Shown here: positions 1 to 8,112 of the stretch, piece after piece
How positions within the stretch are numbered: position 1 is the stretch's first letter
How the letters are laid out: each line of letters begins with the position of its first letter
Made by a program: the position numbers and the translations under genes
DNA from: a virus
Taxonomy: Duplodnaviria > Caudoviricetes
DNA: 24,453 bases
IMG/VR virus record: IMGVR_UViG_3300024255_000158
Coordinates: 1 to 24,453 of that record
Direction: 5' to 3' (one strand)
Notes under the pieces: generated by a model
Database searches by the model: none
Seen by the model: the letters and a program-made list of their open reading frames with translations, nothing else
What the model was told of the DNA's origin: nothing

Positions 1-2
1 TT

Positions 3-338
3 GGTCTTGACAAAGTAGAGTGGTTAGAAGCAAACTTTGCAAAGTTGCCTGGTAAGAAAAGACTTGTTCTTGGAAACCATGATAACCCAAAGCATCTTGC
101 ACCGTTCTTCAAAGACATGCAGTTATGGATAGACATGAGCGATAAAGGTTTGTTATTCAGTCACACACCGCAACATGAAAGTACACTTGCTGAGAGTCAT
201 AGATTTGGCACAGGACCTGTGCTTAATGTACATGGACACATCCACACTAATCCTAGTCCAGAAGGCCCGTACAAATGTGTATGTGTTGAGCAAATCAACT
301 ACACTCCAATCAACATTGAGGAATTAAGAATTGTATAA
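3..338 (+). CDS. Calcineurin-like metallophosphoesterase (5'-truncated by window edge)
   Basis: Frame is open from position 3 (GLDKVEWLEANFAKLPGKK...), so the TTG at 45 is not the real start. Motifs GNHD, FSHTP and HGHIH are typical of the family. Confidence 0.85.
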   Translation, partial: GLDKVEWLEANFAKLPGKKRLVLGNHDNPKHLAPFFKDMQLWIDMSDKGLLFSHTPQHESTLAESHRFGTGPVLNVHGHIHTNPSPEGPYKCVCVEQINYTPINIEELRIV

Positions 339-984
339 TACAAAAAAAGATTTAGGCATTGTTATTAAAAATCTAGTATCAAAAGAACTTTGTAGTTTTG
401 TATCAAGTGAGATTAGACTAATAGATAAACATATAAACCTAAATGGAAATTACATTACAGATGAACGTCATCCCGAAAGCCTAAGTTTATATAGTCCGTT
501 TTGTACTGAAATATTATCAACACATATTCAAAGTACAATAGAAGAAAAACTAGAAAGAAAATTAATTCCAACATATAGTTATTGCAGAATATATCGTACA
601 GGAGCATCTTTAACAGAGCATTTAGATCGTAGAAGTTCTGAATATACTCTAAGTATTACATTAGAAGACAACGATAACGATAAATGGCCATTGTCTGTAG
701 AAATGTATAATCATACAGTTTTAGAAACAACACTAGATGTAGGTGATGCATTGTTATATAGTGGAAGAGATCAAATGCACTGGAGACCTGGAAAGTATAA
801 AGGCAAAGAAATAGTACAAGCATTTATACAATATGTAGATGCCGAAGGTGATAGTACAAATTTTGGCTGGGACGGACGTCCGTTGTTAGGTATGCCTTTT
901 GAATCTACAGATCCGTCTTTAGATCACAATATGGATAGAACCTTAGACGAACAGTCTATCATAAATCGTCGATTAGACAAATAG
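331..984 (+). CDS. Fe(II)/2-oxoglutarate-dependent oxygenase (phage type)
   Basis: TYSYCRIY...HLDR (HxD)...GDALLYSG...HWR pattern. TTG start with GAGGA 8 nt upstream. Confidence 0.8.
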   Translation: MYNTKKDLGIVIKNLVSKELCSFVSSEIRLIDKHINLNGNYITDERHPESLSLYSPFCTEILSTHIQSTIEEKLERKLIPTYSYCRIYRTGASLTEHLDRRSSEYTLSITLEDNDNDKWPLSVEMYNHTVLETTLDVGDALLYSGRDQMHWRPGKYKGKEIVQAFIQYVDAEGDSTNFGWDGRPLLGMPFESTDPSLDHNMDRTLDEQSIINRRLDK

Positions 985-990
985 CTAAAA

Positions 991-996
991 TAAATA
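991..996 (+). promoter_or_regulatory. T4-late-like promoter core TAAATA, 5 nt before ATG (leaderless)
   Basis: TAAATA-ttagc-ATG(1002) in an intergenic gap, with no Shine-Dalgarno. Confidence 0.55.
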
Positions 997-1001
997 TTAG
1001 C

Positions 1002-1163
1002 ATGATAAGAGCTCAAAAAGAAATCATTTATCACCTTACATGCACTAAATGCAAGAATCATTGGAGTTATGCTACAATGGAAGAAAACTATTGTATTGAG
1101 AGAGGACACAAGTATTGTCCGCATTGTGGCGATAAATCAGATGTTGTAACAACGGAGAAGTAA
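1002..1163 (+). CDS. Small Zn-ribbon protein, 53 aa (missing from ORF track)
   Basis: MIRAQKEIIYHLTCTKCKNHWSYATMEENYCIERGHKYCPHCGDKSDVVTTEK; CxxC...CPHC. Fills the gap exactly, and its TAA overlaps the next ATG (TAATG). Confidence 0.8.
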   Translation: MIRAQKEIIYHLTCTKCKNHWSYATMEENYCIERGHKYCPHCGDKSDVVTTEK

Positions 1164-1402
1164 TGTTTACTATTGAAATGGATGCTGACGAAACTTCAGT
1201 ACAGATTCTTGACGACAATGGAAATTATGAAGATATAGGAATGTTTCTATACGACGAAGTTTGTGTAATACGACAATGGAACGAAGAAAAAGAAGGATTT
1301 GAAGTTATATTATTAAGTCCTAACATGTTTACAGAAATGATGGCATCATATCATAAAGCAGAAGGCGCATATATAACGGAACGAGTTAATGGAAATAATT
1401 GA
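1163..1402 (+). CDS. Hypothetical acidic protein, 79 aa
   Basis: GGAG SD, TAATG coupling with upstream gene, overlap with downstream gene. Confidence 0.75.
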   Translation: MFTIEMDADETSVQILDDNGNYEDIGMFLYDEVCVIRQWNEEKEGFEVILLSPNMFTEMMASYHKAEGAYITERVNGNN

Positions 1403-2009
1403 TTTATTTCCTACGCCGATAGGAATATATAAGATTAATTTAGATGAACATGAAAAATCTGTTCTTTTGAATACTGAATTTGCTAATCATAAAATTTATA
1501 CAGATATGATTGTATCAACAGATACAAGTATTTTAACAAATAGACAAAAAGAAATTCCTCTTACATATAATTTTATTAAGGATAGTTTAGACGAATATTC
1601 AAAAACAACATTAGCTACAAACAATAAACTTAAATTTACACAAAGTTGGCTTACAAAGCATCAAGATCAAGAACAAAAAACTTTTCAACATCGTCATCAA
1701 AACAGTATAATAAGTGGATCATTTTATGTTTCTGCAACACAAGAAGACACAGGCATAAAATTTTACAAAGATGATGACCAGACTGAAAAGTATGTGAAAT
1801 GGGAACAAGATCAAGAATTGATAGCTAACAATAAATATGCCTGGGCACAAGTACAGTTTCCTATAGAGACTGGAGTACTGATATTATTTCCGAGTTGGCT
1901 CAGACATAGTGTTGAAGGAAATTATAGTAATAAATTAAGATGTGCGTTAGCATTTAATACATGGTTTGAAAATAGTATGGGTTCGGAAGAGCTGTTTACA
2001 TTATTATAA
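1389..2009 (+). CDS. Putative 2OG-Fe(II) oxygenase, TIGR02466-like
   Basis: LFPTPI start; SW...HRH...ISGSFY...LFPSWLRHSV...RCALAFN. Confidence 0.8.
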   Translation: MEIIDLFPTPIGIYKINLDEHEKSVLLNTEFANHKIYTDMIVSTDTSILTNRQKEIPLTYNFIKDSLDEYSKTTLATNNKLKFTQSWLTKHQDQEQKTFQHRHQNSIISGSFYVSATQEDTGIKFYKDDDQTEKYVKWEQDQELIANNKYAWAQVQFPIETGVLILFPSWLRHSVEGNYSNKLRCALAFNTWFENSMGSEELFTLL

Positions 2010-2018
2010 GGAATACAG

Positions 2019-2684
2019 ATGGAAAATGTACCTGGTATAGTAGTTGATAATTTTTATAGTGACCCAGATGGTGTAAGAAACTGGGCGCTTCAACATGAAT
2101 TTGCCAGAGAAGAGCAAGGTTCTTGGCCTGGAAAAAGAACACGTGAACTAGAAGTAATAGATCCTATATTTCACCAGCAATTTGTAAATAAAATATTTTC
2201 GTTGTTTATGCCAGTGAATGAAGATATTACTGCAAAAGTTCAATCAAAGTTTCAAATTATTCCTACATTCGAACGTGATCCGAAAAGTCCTAAAAATAAA
2301 GGTTGGGTACACAAAGATGATGATGTTTTGTTTGCAGGAGTTGTTTTTTTAACACCTAATATTGATCGCAAATGCGGAACTAGTCTTTTTACTTTAGAAG
2401 ACGAAAACAAATTAGACTGGAGTGAAGCTAAAAATAATTTTTATGTCAATGGTATCGATACTGATTATGATAATGCTATAACTGCACATAATTCTGCTTT
2501 TAACGAAAGTGTTCGTTTTCAAAATCTATATAATAGGTGTATAATTTTTGATCATAAATGTTATCACGGAGTTAATAGTTTTTATAATAGTCAAGACCAG
2601 GATAGATTAACACAAGTGTTTTTTGTACACAGTGTAGATACAGATATTCCGCCACCAATTACTCGTCATAAGAATTTTCTATAA
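2019..2684 (+). CDS. Putative 2OG-Fe(II) oxygenase (DUF6445-like)
   Basis: VVDNFYSDPD, WPGKRT, HKD (HxD), AGVVFLTP, GTSLF, YNRCIIFD...H, RLTQVFF. AAGGA SD. Confidence 0.75.
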   Translation: MENVPGIVVDNFYSDPDGVRNWALQHEFAREEQGSWPGKRTRELEVIDPIFHQQFVNKIFSLFMPVNEDITAKVQSKFQIIPTFERDPKSPKNKGWVHKDDDVLFAGVVFLTPNIDRKCGTSLFTLEDENKLDWSEAKNNFYVNGIDTDYDNAITAHNSAFNESVRFQNLYNRCIIFDHKCYHGVNSFYNSQDQDRLTQVFFVHSVDTDIPPPITRHKNFL

Positions 2685-2689
2685 AATGG

Positions 2690-2717
2690 TTGACATCTTA
2701 TCAATAGGTGTTATTAT
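2690..2717 (+). promoter_or_regulatory. sigma70-like (early) promoter
   Basis: TTGACA(2690-2695)-N16-TATTAT(2712-2717) with extended -10 TG, in an intergenic gap. Confidence 0.65.
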
Positions 2718-2738
2718 GATAAAAAATAAGGAATGGTT

Positions 2739-3362
2739 ATGAAAGAAGTTGTAGAAGATTACCTTTGGCTTTGGAAGTTTGAAGACATTGATAATGAAAC
2801 ATTATATAAAACATGTATAGCAGTAGATGACGAGCTACGTAAGCATTTTCCACCTATACAAGACGAAAATGTTTATGGCTGTTTTACAAGTTACTATCAT
2901 CAAAAGTATAATCTTTTTGCATTTCCTTGTAAAGAATTACAAAAGTTATATACTAATTTAGTAACAAACTTTCAAGAAGTATTAGACCCAGATACTACGT
3001 ACTATGTAAGATGCTGGGCAAACCTATTTGATAAAGATATGAATATTGACTGGCACAGTCACTGGGCTCCAGAATATAAAACCTATCACGGATTTTATTG
3101 TGTGAATAGTGAAGGCGAACATCCTAGTCATACTGATTACGATATACCAGGTCAGAAAGATATTATTCGTGTAATGAGCGAAGATGGGCTTTGTGTCTTT
3201 GGAAAATCTGACGGTGATGGTCATCGAAGCTCTGAATGGCTTAATGATGACAAATACAGAGTTACTATTGCCTTTGATATAATTCCAGTCGAGGTATTAC
3301 GAAAACAAGAGAAGTTTACACATAACTTAATCCACAATTACATCCCACTTGCTAAAATATAG
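2739..3362 (+). CDS. Putative 2OG-Fe(II) oxygenase / DSBH-fold protein
   Basis: WAN...WHSHW (HxH)...HGFYCVN...HRSSEW...RVTIAFD. ATG 2739 preferred to 2733 because AAGGA (2728-2732) abuts 2733. Confidence 0.65.
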   Translation: MKEVVEDYLWLWKFEDIDNETLYKTCIAVDDELRKHFPPIQDENVYGCFTSYYHQKYNLFAFPCKELQKLYTNLVTNFQEVLDPDTTYYVRCWANLFDKDMNIDWHSHWAPEYKTYHGFYCVNSEGEHPSHTDYDIPGQKDIIRVMSEDGLCVFGKSDGDGHRSSEWLNDDKYRVTIAFDIIPVEVLRKQEKFTHNLIHNYIPLAKI

Positions 3363-3370
3363 AGGTTACT

Positions 3371-3562
3371 ATGAAAGCAAAAAACATGATCCTAGTTGAT
3401 AATAATAAATCAATTGCCTTTAACGTTCAACGTAGAAAAAATAAAGCAATTATTGATTATTTTACTGATAGTGAACTTGACTATCAAATCGAGTGTGAAC
3501 TCGATCGTGCAAATAAATTTTATGAAACTGCTATGAAAGAAGGCTATTCTGAAGCCTTTTAG
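3371..3562 (+). CDS. Hypothetical protein, 63 aa
   Basis: GAGG SD; fills the gap between genes. Confidence 0.65.
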   Translation: MKAKNMILVDNNKSIAFNVQRRKNKAIIDYFTDSELDYQIECELDRANKFYETAMKEGYSEAF

Positions 3563-3572
3563 AGGATTTAAC

Positions 3573-4874
3573 ATGAGAACACAGCCACAAAATATTATTA
3601 AACTTCTAGAAGCAGATAATAGTCGTCTGGCAAAAGAAGCAATTTTATTAGAAGCAATGGATGAAGGGTTGCCAGAGTTTTTCGAAGGCCTTGCTATGGC
3701 ACTTGATCCGCTTGTAACATTTGGCGTAAAGCAAGTACCCGAAGCAACTGTAGATGGGCAAGGACTTTCATGGCCTACATTTAAAGAACTATGCCGTAAA
3801 CTTATTAATCGTAGCCTTACAGGACACGCTGCTCGTGATGCAATTATTCTGTGTAAGGATACTGCAACTATAGAACAGTGGAATGGCTTTTACAGACGTA
3901 TCTTGATCAAAGACCTGCGTTGTGGTGTAAGTGAAAAAACTGTAAACAAAGTAGCACCTGGCACTGTACCTGTGTTTACCTGCGCACTAGCACACGACTC
4001 TGCTAAACATGAAAAGAAGATGGTTGGTAAGAAGCAGATTGAAGTCAAACTGGACGGTGTAAGAGTACTAGCAGTGTGCCGCGGCGGCAAGGTAGAACTG
4101 TTCTCACGTAACGGTAAACAGTTTCATAACTTTCCACACATCATTAAAGAGATCGAAAACGTTCTAAGTTGTACACCTGCTCCATATGACTGTGTGCTAG
4201 ATGGCGAAGTAATGAGTGCAGACTTCCAAGACCTTATGAAGCAACTGCAACGCAAGGATGGCAAGAAAGCAAATGACGCTGTACTACACTTGTTTGATTT
4301 TATTCCACTGTCAGACTTTTTGAAAGGTGGCTGGGATAAACCACAAACATATCGTAGCAATCTAGTTAAGTACTGGGTATTAGAAAATAATGATATCTTA
4401 GAGCATGTACAAGCATGTGAATGGGAAGATGTTGACTTGGATACACTAGAAGGACAAGAACGCTTTGTAGCGTTAAATAAAGCGGCTGTAGACGGTGGTT
4501 ACGAAGGTGTTATGATTAAAGACGTTGATGCTCCTTATGAGTGTAAACGAACACACGCCTGGCTTAAAGCAAAACCATTTATTGAAGTGACATTGGAGGT
4601 AAAAGAAATTGAAGAAGGCACTGGTAGGAATGAAGGCCGTCTTGGTGCATTCGTTTGTGAAGGGATCGACGATGGAAAAGATATTCGCGTCAATGTGGGT
4701 AGCGGTTTTACTGATGTCCATCGCGATGATTATTGGAATCATCGTAGCGATATTATCGGCAATTTAGTAGAGGTAAGAGCAGACGCTATTACACAAAATC
4801 AAGATGGCACTTACAGCCTACGTTTTCCACGCTTTAAAACATTCCGAGGCTTTGAGCCAGGAGAGAAGATTTAA
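3573..4874 (+). CDS. lig: ATP-dependent DNA ligase
   Basis: Motif I EVKLDGVR, FSRNGK, LDGE, FD, EGVMIK, WLKAK, OB-fold VGSGFT and SLRFPRF. Confidence 0.95.
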   Translation: MRTQPQNIIKLLEADNSRLAKEAILLEAMDEGLPEFFEGLAMALDPLVTFGVKQVPEATVDGQGLSWPTFKELCRKLINRSLTGHAARDAIILCKDTATIEQWNGFYRRILIKDLRCGVSEKTVNKVAPGTVPVFTCALAHDSAKHEKKMVGKKQIEVKLDGVRVLAVCRGGKVELFSRNGKQFHNFPHIIKEIENVLSCTPAPYDCVLDGEVMSADFQDLMKQLQRKDGKKANDAVLHLFDFIPLSDFLKGGWDKPQTYRSNLVKYWVLENNDILEHVQACEWEDVDLDTLEGQERFVALNKAAVDGGYEGVMIKDVDAPYECKRTHAWLKAKPFIEVTLEVKEIEEGTGRNEGRLGAFVCEGIDDGKDIRVNVGSGFTDVHRDDYWNHRSDIIGNLVEVRADAITQNQDGTYSLRFPRFKTFRGFEPGEKI

Positions 4875-5152
4875 TGACTTCTTGGACATCCGGATCGGTA
4901 CTGAGTAGTGACACTATAGACACCTATGAGATTGACATCGCGCAGGCAAAGACAATGCAGATTGATATGCCTCTTGTTGTTCGAGGCAGAGACGTTATGA
5001 AAGAACTTGACGAGATGCGTGATGCACTACTGTTAATCAAACGTGACGTAGATATGGAAGCCAAGTATCCTAAGCTAAAAGAAATCAAAGACGAGTACGA
5101 AGCGGCATTAGCAAAGTATACTACATTTGACACATTAAAGGAATCTAAATAA
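4874..5152 (+). CDS. Hypothetical protein, 92 aa (C-terminal coiled coil)
   Basis: TAATG coupling to the ligase gene; helical C-terminus. Confidence 0.7.
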   Translation: MTSWTSGSVLSSDTIDTYEIDIAQAKTMQIDMPLVVRGRDVMKELDEMRDALLLIKRDVDMEAKYPKLKEIKDEYEAALAKYTTFDTLKESK

Positions 5153-5179
5153 TGGCTATGAAATATGGAACCAAGATAG

Positions 5180-5545
5180 ATGCGTGATGAATTAGAAAAC
5201 TTTAAGAAAAAATATCGAGCCCACGTTCAAGAAGGGCGTATACGTTATACAATTCCTAAACCGTTCAAGGAATGGAACGATACAAACTTCGATGAGCCGT
5301 TCGAAGTAGATAATGGTGTTCAGATTGATATGAGTCAGCGTGACTTTGAACAGTTGATTGGTATGGAAAAATACTGGGTAGAACAGTTGTCTTGGCAAAA
5401 TATTAATCAGTATTCCGGACACCCCAAATCGATTGTAGAGAAACACGAGCGTGAACTGCGTATTCGCAACAAAAATCCCGCAGCAAAAATTGCTTATGAA
5501 AAGTATCAAACATTGTTACGTATGGTAGACAGTTACTATGATTGA
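5180..5545 (+). CDS. Hypothetical protein, 121 aa
   Basis: Same-strand ORF with phage-like composition; a TAAATA lies at 5146-5151 upstream. Confidence 0.7.
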   Translation: MRDELENFKKKYRAHVQEGRIRYTIPKPFKEWNDTNFDEPFEVDNGVQIDMSQRDFEQLIGMEKYWVEQLSWQNINQYSGHPKSIVEKHERELRIRNKNPAAKIAYEKYQTLLRMVDSYYD

Positions 5546-5653
5546 AGTTCCTTTCAACATAGACAGGATCAAAAAGGGTGTCCAGACGACTATGAATACT
5601 ATATGAAACTTAAGAACGCTTTCAAATTAGTACTTGACTATTACGGTGCATGA
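5538..5653 (+). pseudogene. Probable frameshifted or internally deleted small gene remnant
   Basis: ATG 5538 overlaps the upstream stop (ATGATTGA) and gives MIEVPF..., closing after 22 codons. A different frame is open 5546-5653 and reads like a protein C-terminus (..GCPDDYEYYMKLKNAFKLVLDYYGA*). Confidence 0.4.
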
Positions 5654-5662
5654 GTATATACT
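5634..5662 (+). promoter_or_regulatory. sigma70-like (early) promoter
   Basis: TTGACT(5634-5639)-N17-TATACT(5657-5662), upstream of the SWIM gene. Confidence 0.7.
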
Positions 5663-5689
5663 AGCTATAAGTTAAATAAGAGGCACACA

Positions 5690-5890
5690 ATGGCAAAGTA
5701 TGGACCTAGAGTTTATCCTAGTGATATTATTGAGACTAAGAAACATTGGGCAGTAGGCACAATTTGGAACGCTGAGGGCTCAAAAGGTATATATAACATT
5801 GAAATGGTGGACAAAGGCTTTACATGCGATTGCCCAGCATTTAAAAAGTGCAAGCACATTAAACAAGTAGAGGAAGCATTCAATGGCTAG
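5690..5890 (+). CDS. SWIM-type zinc finger protein
   Basis: FTCDCPAFKKCKHI (CxC-x5-CxH). GAGG SD. Confidence 0.8.
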   Translation: MAKYGPRVYPSDIIETKKHWAVGTIWNAEGSKGIYNIEMVDKGFTCDCPAFKKCKHIKQVEEAFNG

Positions 5891-7106
5891 AGTTAATAAA
5901 GCGGCGGCGAAACCTAAGAAAAAAACAGTACGAGCAGTACGTCGAGGAGCAAACATGCTTCCACTGATGCCTACTAAAAAATTAACATGGCACAAAGCAC
6001 ACTATTATACACATTATGAGGTAGAATCAAAGGAGTGGCTGACACGTGTCAAACTCTACATTAAAAACAAATATGATAAAAAAATTGTATCGTCAATTAA
6101 TAAACTACCAGATTGGAAAGTTGGTGGGAAGAGTCATTGGGCTTGTGCGGCTTATCTTTTAGAAAATGATATGGCAGACCTTGTGCCTGATGGACACGTT
6201 AAAGGCCTAGACAAATGGATACTCGAACTTGCTGAAGAAGGTTCTGCTCTAGTAGAAGAAAAGAAAGCAGAAGAAAAGACTAAAAAGAATGTATATGTTC
6301 CTACTATTCAAGAACGTATTCGTGATCAATCGCAAGATATGATTGAAGATATTGACGAATGGCTTGAAGGTTGGATTGCAGATCCAGAAACATTTGACCC
6401 TAAATCTTTTGACTTCAAAAAACATTTTAATAAACTACAGCCGTCGCAGGCACATGCCCGTAAGATGAAAACATTCTATAGCGATGTGCTGGAAGACTTT
6501 GACGAACTAGAACGTATGCCTACAGCAGGGCAATTGAAAAAGATGGACGAGCATACACAAGATCAGTGGGCTCAACTCAAAGAAGGATATGCACATCTTA
6601 AGAAAGGTGACATTAAAAAATTCCGTACTGCTATCGACGAACTAATGGCAGCACTAGACTTTATTATTGACAGTGCTAAGGCAACACGTAAGCCACGTAA
6701 AGCTAAACCGAAGAGTGCTACAAAACTAGTTGAAAAGCTCAAGTACGCAAAAACTGATGAAAAATATAAACTTGCAAGTATAGATCCATCTGTAATTGTA
6801 GGAGCAAATGAGCTGTGGGTGTTTAATACAAAAACACGCAAACTAGGCAAGTATGTAGCAGCTAATATTGATCCGAAAGGTATGGGTCGAGACGGCACAG
6901 GACTTAGCGTTAAAGGTACTACTATTATCGGTTTTAATGAAAAAGAAAGTATTCAAAAGACACTACGTAAGCCTGACGAACAACTAAAAGCATTTAAAGG
7001 CGCAGGCAAAGTTGTACTACGTAAGTTTATGGATGAAATTGCTACTACAGATACAAAACTTAATGGTAGATGCAATCCTGACACCGTTCTTCTAAAGGTT
7101 AATTGA
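5883..7106 (+). CDS. Large-myovirus hypothetical protein, 407 aa, basic
   Basis: Lys-rich. C-terminal ELWVFNTKTRKLGKY...GLSVKGTTI...QKTLRKP...LNGR pattern recalled from T4-like/jumbo phage hypotheticals; function unknown. Confidence 0.8.
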   Translation: MARVNKAAAKPKKKTVRAVRRGANMLPLMPTKKLTWHKAHYYTHYEVESKEWLTRVKLYIKNKYDKKIVSSINKLPDWKVGGKSHWACAAYLLENDMADLVPDGHVKGLDKWILELAEEGSALVEEKKAEEKTKKNVYVPTIQERIRDQSQDMIEDIDEWLEGWIADPETFDPKSFDFKKHFNKLQPSQAHARKMKTFYSDVLEDFDELERMPTAGQLKKMDEHTQDQWAQLKEGYAHLKKGDIKKFRTAIDELMAALDFIIDSAKATRKPRKAKPKSATKLVEKLKYAKTDEKYKLASIDPSVIVGANELWVFNTKTRKLGKYVAANIDPKGMGRDGTGLSVKGTTIIGFNEKESIQKTLRKPDEQLKAFKGAGKVVLRKFMDEIATTDTKLNGRCNPDTVLLKVN

Positions 7107-7112
7107 TAAATA
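7106..7112 (+). promoter_or_regulatory. T4-late-like promoter ATAAATA
   Basis: Starts at the upstream stop codon and is followed by AGGA SD (7125-7128) and ATG 7137 of a structural-type gene. Confidence 0.6.
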
Positions 7113-7136
7113 TTAAAGTAGAACAGGAAAGTAACA

Positions 7137-8003
7137 ATGTCAGATTTAGACCAAGCAATCAAAACCTTAGGCGATAGTATTAATGATATTGTCACTAAGG
7201 CAATTACAGTAAAAGATATCCGAATAGCAAAAACTGCATCGCTAGAGTTTTTTGCAGACCCAGAAAAGCAAATTTACGGAAAAGGGCTTTTTTGGAAAGG
7301 AATGGGTAATACAAAGCAATTTGTATATAAAGCTAATCCTGATAGAATATATTCTAGTGAGTCAATCGACTTAGCTCAAGGTCAAGGATATTCAGTTGGT
7401 AATACTACTGTAATAAACGAAAACGAATTAGGTCCTACAGTTATTCATTCACGTCTGACAAGTACTGGAACATTACAGAATCTTGCTACACAGGGAAACC
7501 TAAATATAGATGATTACATTTTCTATAATTCAGGATACAACAGATTTGGTATAGGTACTGAAGATCCAAATGGTGCATTGTCAGTAACAAGTTTAGATGC
7601 TGAATTTATAGTTGATGCTGAAGGATCAAGTGTTAAGGTAGGCACATATACTACTGACGATCTTTCTTTTATTACTGATGATACTGAACGACTAACTATT
7701 ACTAAAACTGGTCAAATAATAGTAGGAACTAAAGGTACTTTAGATACAAAAGTAAGTATTCACGGAAGACTAGGTATCGGTGTTAATAACATTGATAATG
7801 AAGTTAGTTTAAGTACTGCTGGTCCAATCAAAATCGAGGGTAAGAAGTTTACAGTTGAATCTCAAATTCCTACAGAGGGCACATACTCAAAAGGTGATAT
7901 TGTATGGAATACTGATCCAAGACCTACTGGATATGTAGGATGGATTTGTGTTAGAGATGGAACGCCAGGTGAATGGAAGCCTTTTGGACAAATTAGTTCA
8001 TAA
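7137..8003 (+). CDS. Virion structural / tail-fibre-like protein, 288 aa
   Basis: Fibre-type RFGIGTEDP and LGIGV motifs; C-terminal PTEGTYSKGDIVWN...GYVGWICV...GEWKPFG module; late promoter upstream. Confidence 0.7.
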   Translation: MSDLDQAIKTLGDSINDIVTKAITVKDIRIAKTASLEFFADPEKQIYGKGLFWKGMGNTKQFVYKANPDRIYSSESIDLAQGQGYSVGNTTVINENELGPTVIHSRLTSTGTLQNLATQGNLNIDDYIFYNSGYNRFGIGTEDPNGALSVTSLDAEFIVDAEGSSVKVGTYTTDDLSFITDDTERLTITKTGQIIVGTKGTLDTKVSIHGRLGIGVNNIDNEVSLSTAGPIKIEGKKFTVESQIPTEGTYSKGDIVWNTDPRPTGYVGWICVRDGTPGEWKPFGQISS

Positions 8004-8034
8004 TCCACTTAGTTAATTTTTTTAAAACAATTTG

Positions 8035-8040
8035 TAAATA
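8035..8040 (+). promoter_or_regulatory. T4-late-like promoter core TAAATA
   Basis: Intergenic GTAAATA just upstream of the structured leader at 8044-8103. Confidence 0.5.
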
Positions 8041-8043
8041 GTG

Positions 8044-8064
8044 TGTACTGTAATATACAGTACA
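8044..8064. repeat. Perfect inverted repeat TGTACTGTA-ata-TACAGTACA
   Basis: 9-bp arms with a 3-nt spacer, read directly from the sequence. Confidence 0.9.
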
Positions 8065-8065
8065 T

Positions 8066-8103
8066 CGGAGTTAGTCACGAGCCTCCGTAATCAAAAGGCA
8101 AGG
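8066..8103 (+). ncRNA. Candidate preQ1-class-I-like riboswitch aptamer (element A)
   Basis: CGGAG/CTCCG 5-bp stem; 12-nt loop starting with U and ending with C; tail TAATCAAAA then GGC able to pair with loop GTC; abuts the AAGG SD of ATG 8113. Confidence 0.45.
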
Positions 8104-8112
8104 CATAAAGAC

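Noticed and set aside
3573-4874. Intein or intron in the ligase
   Set aside because: Length and motif spacing are normal for a phage ATP-dependent ligase; no splicing or homing-endonuclease motifs.
5152-5187. 11-codon ORF MAMKYGTKIDA coupled to the upstream stop
   Set aside because: Too short to support; may be chance or a remnant.
8046-8062. LexA/SOS box (CTGT...ACAG)
   Set aside because: The spacer is 5 nt, whereas the gammaproteobacterial box is CTGT-N8-ACAG.
8041-8112. N-terminal extension of the membrane protein from GTG 8041
   Set aside because: No SD, lies immediately after the promoter motif, and the region is better explained as a structured leader. Not fully excluded.
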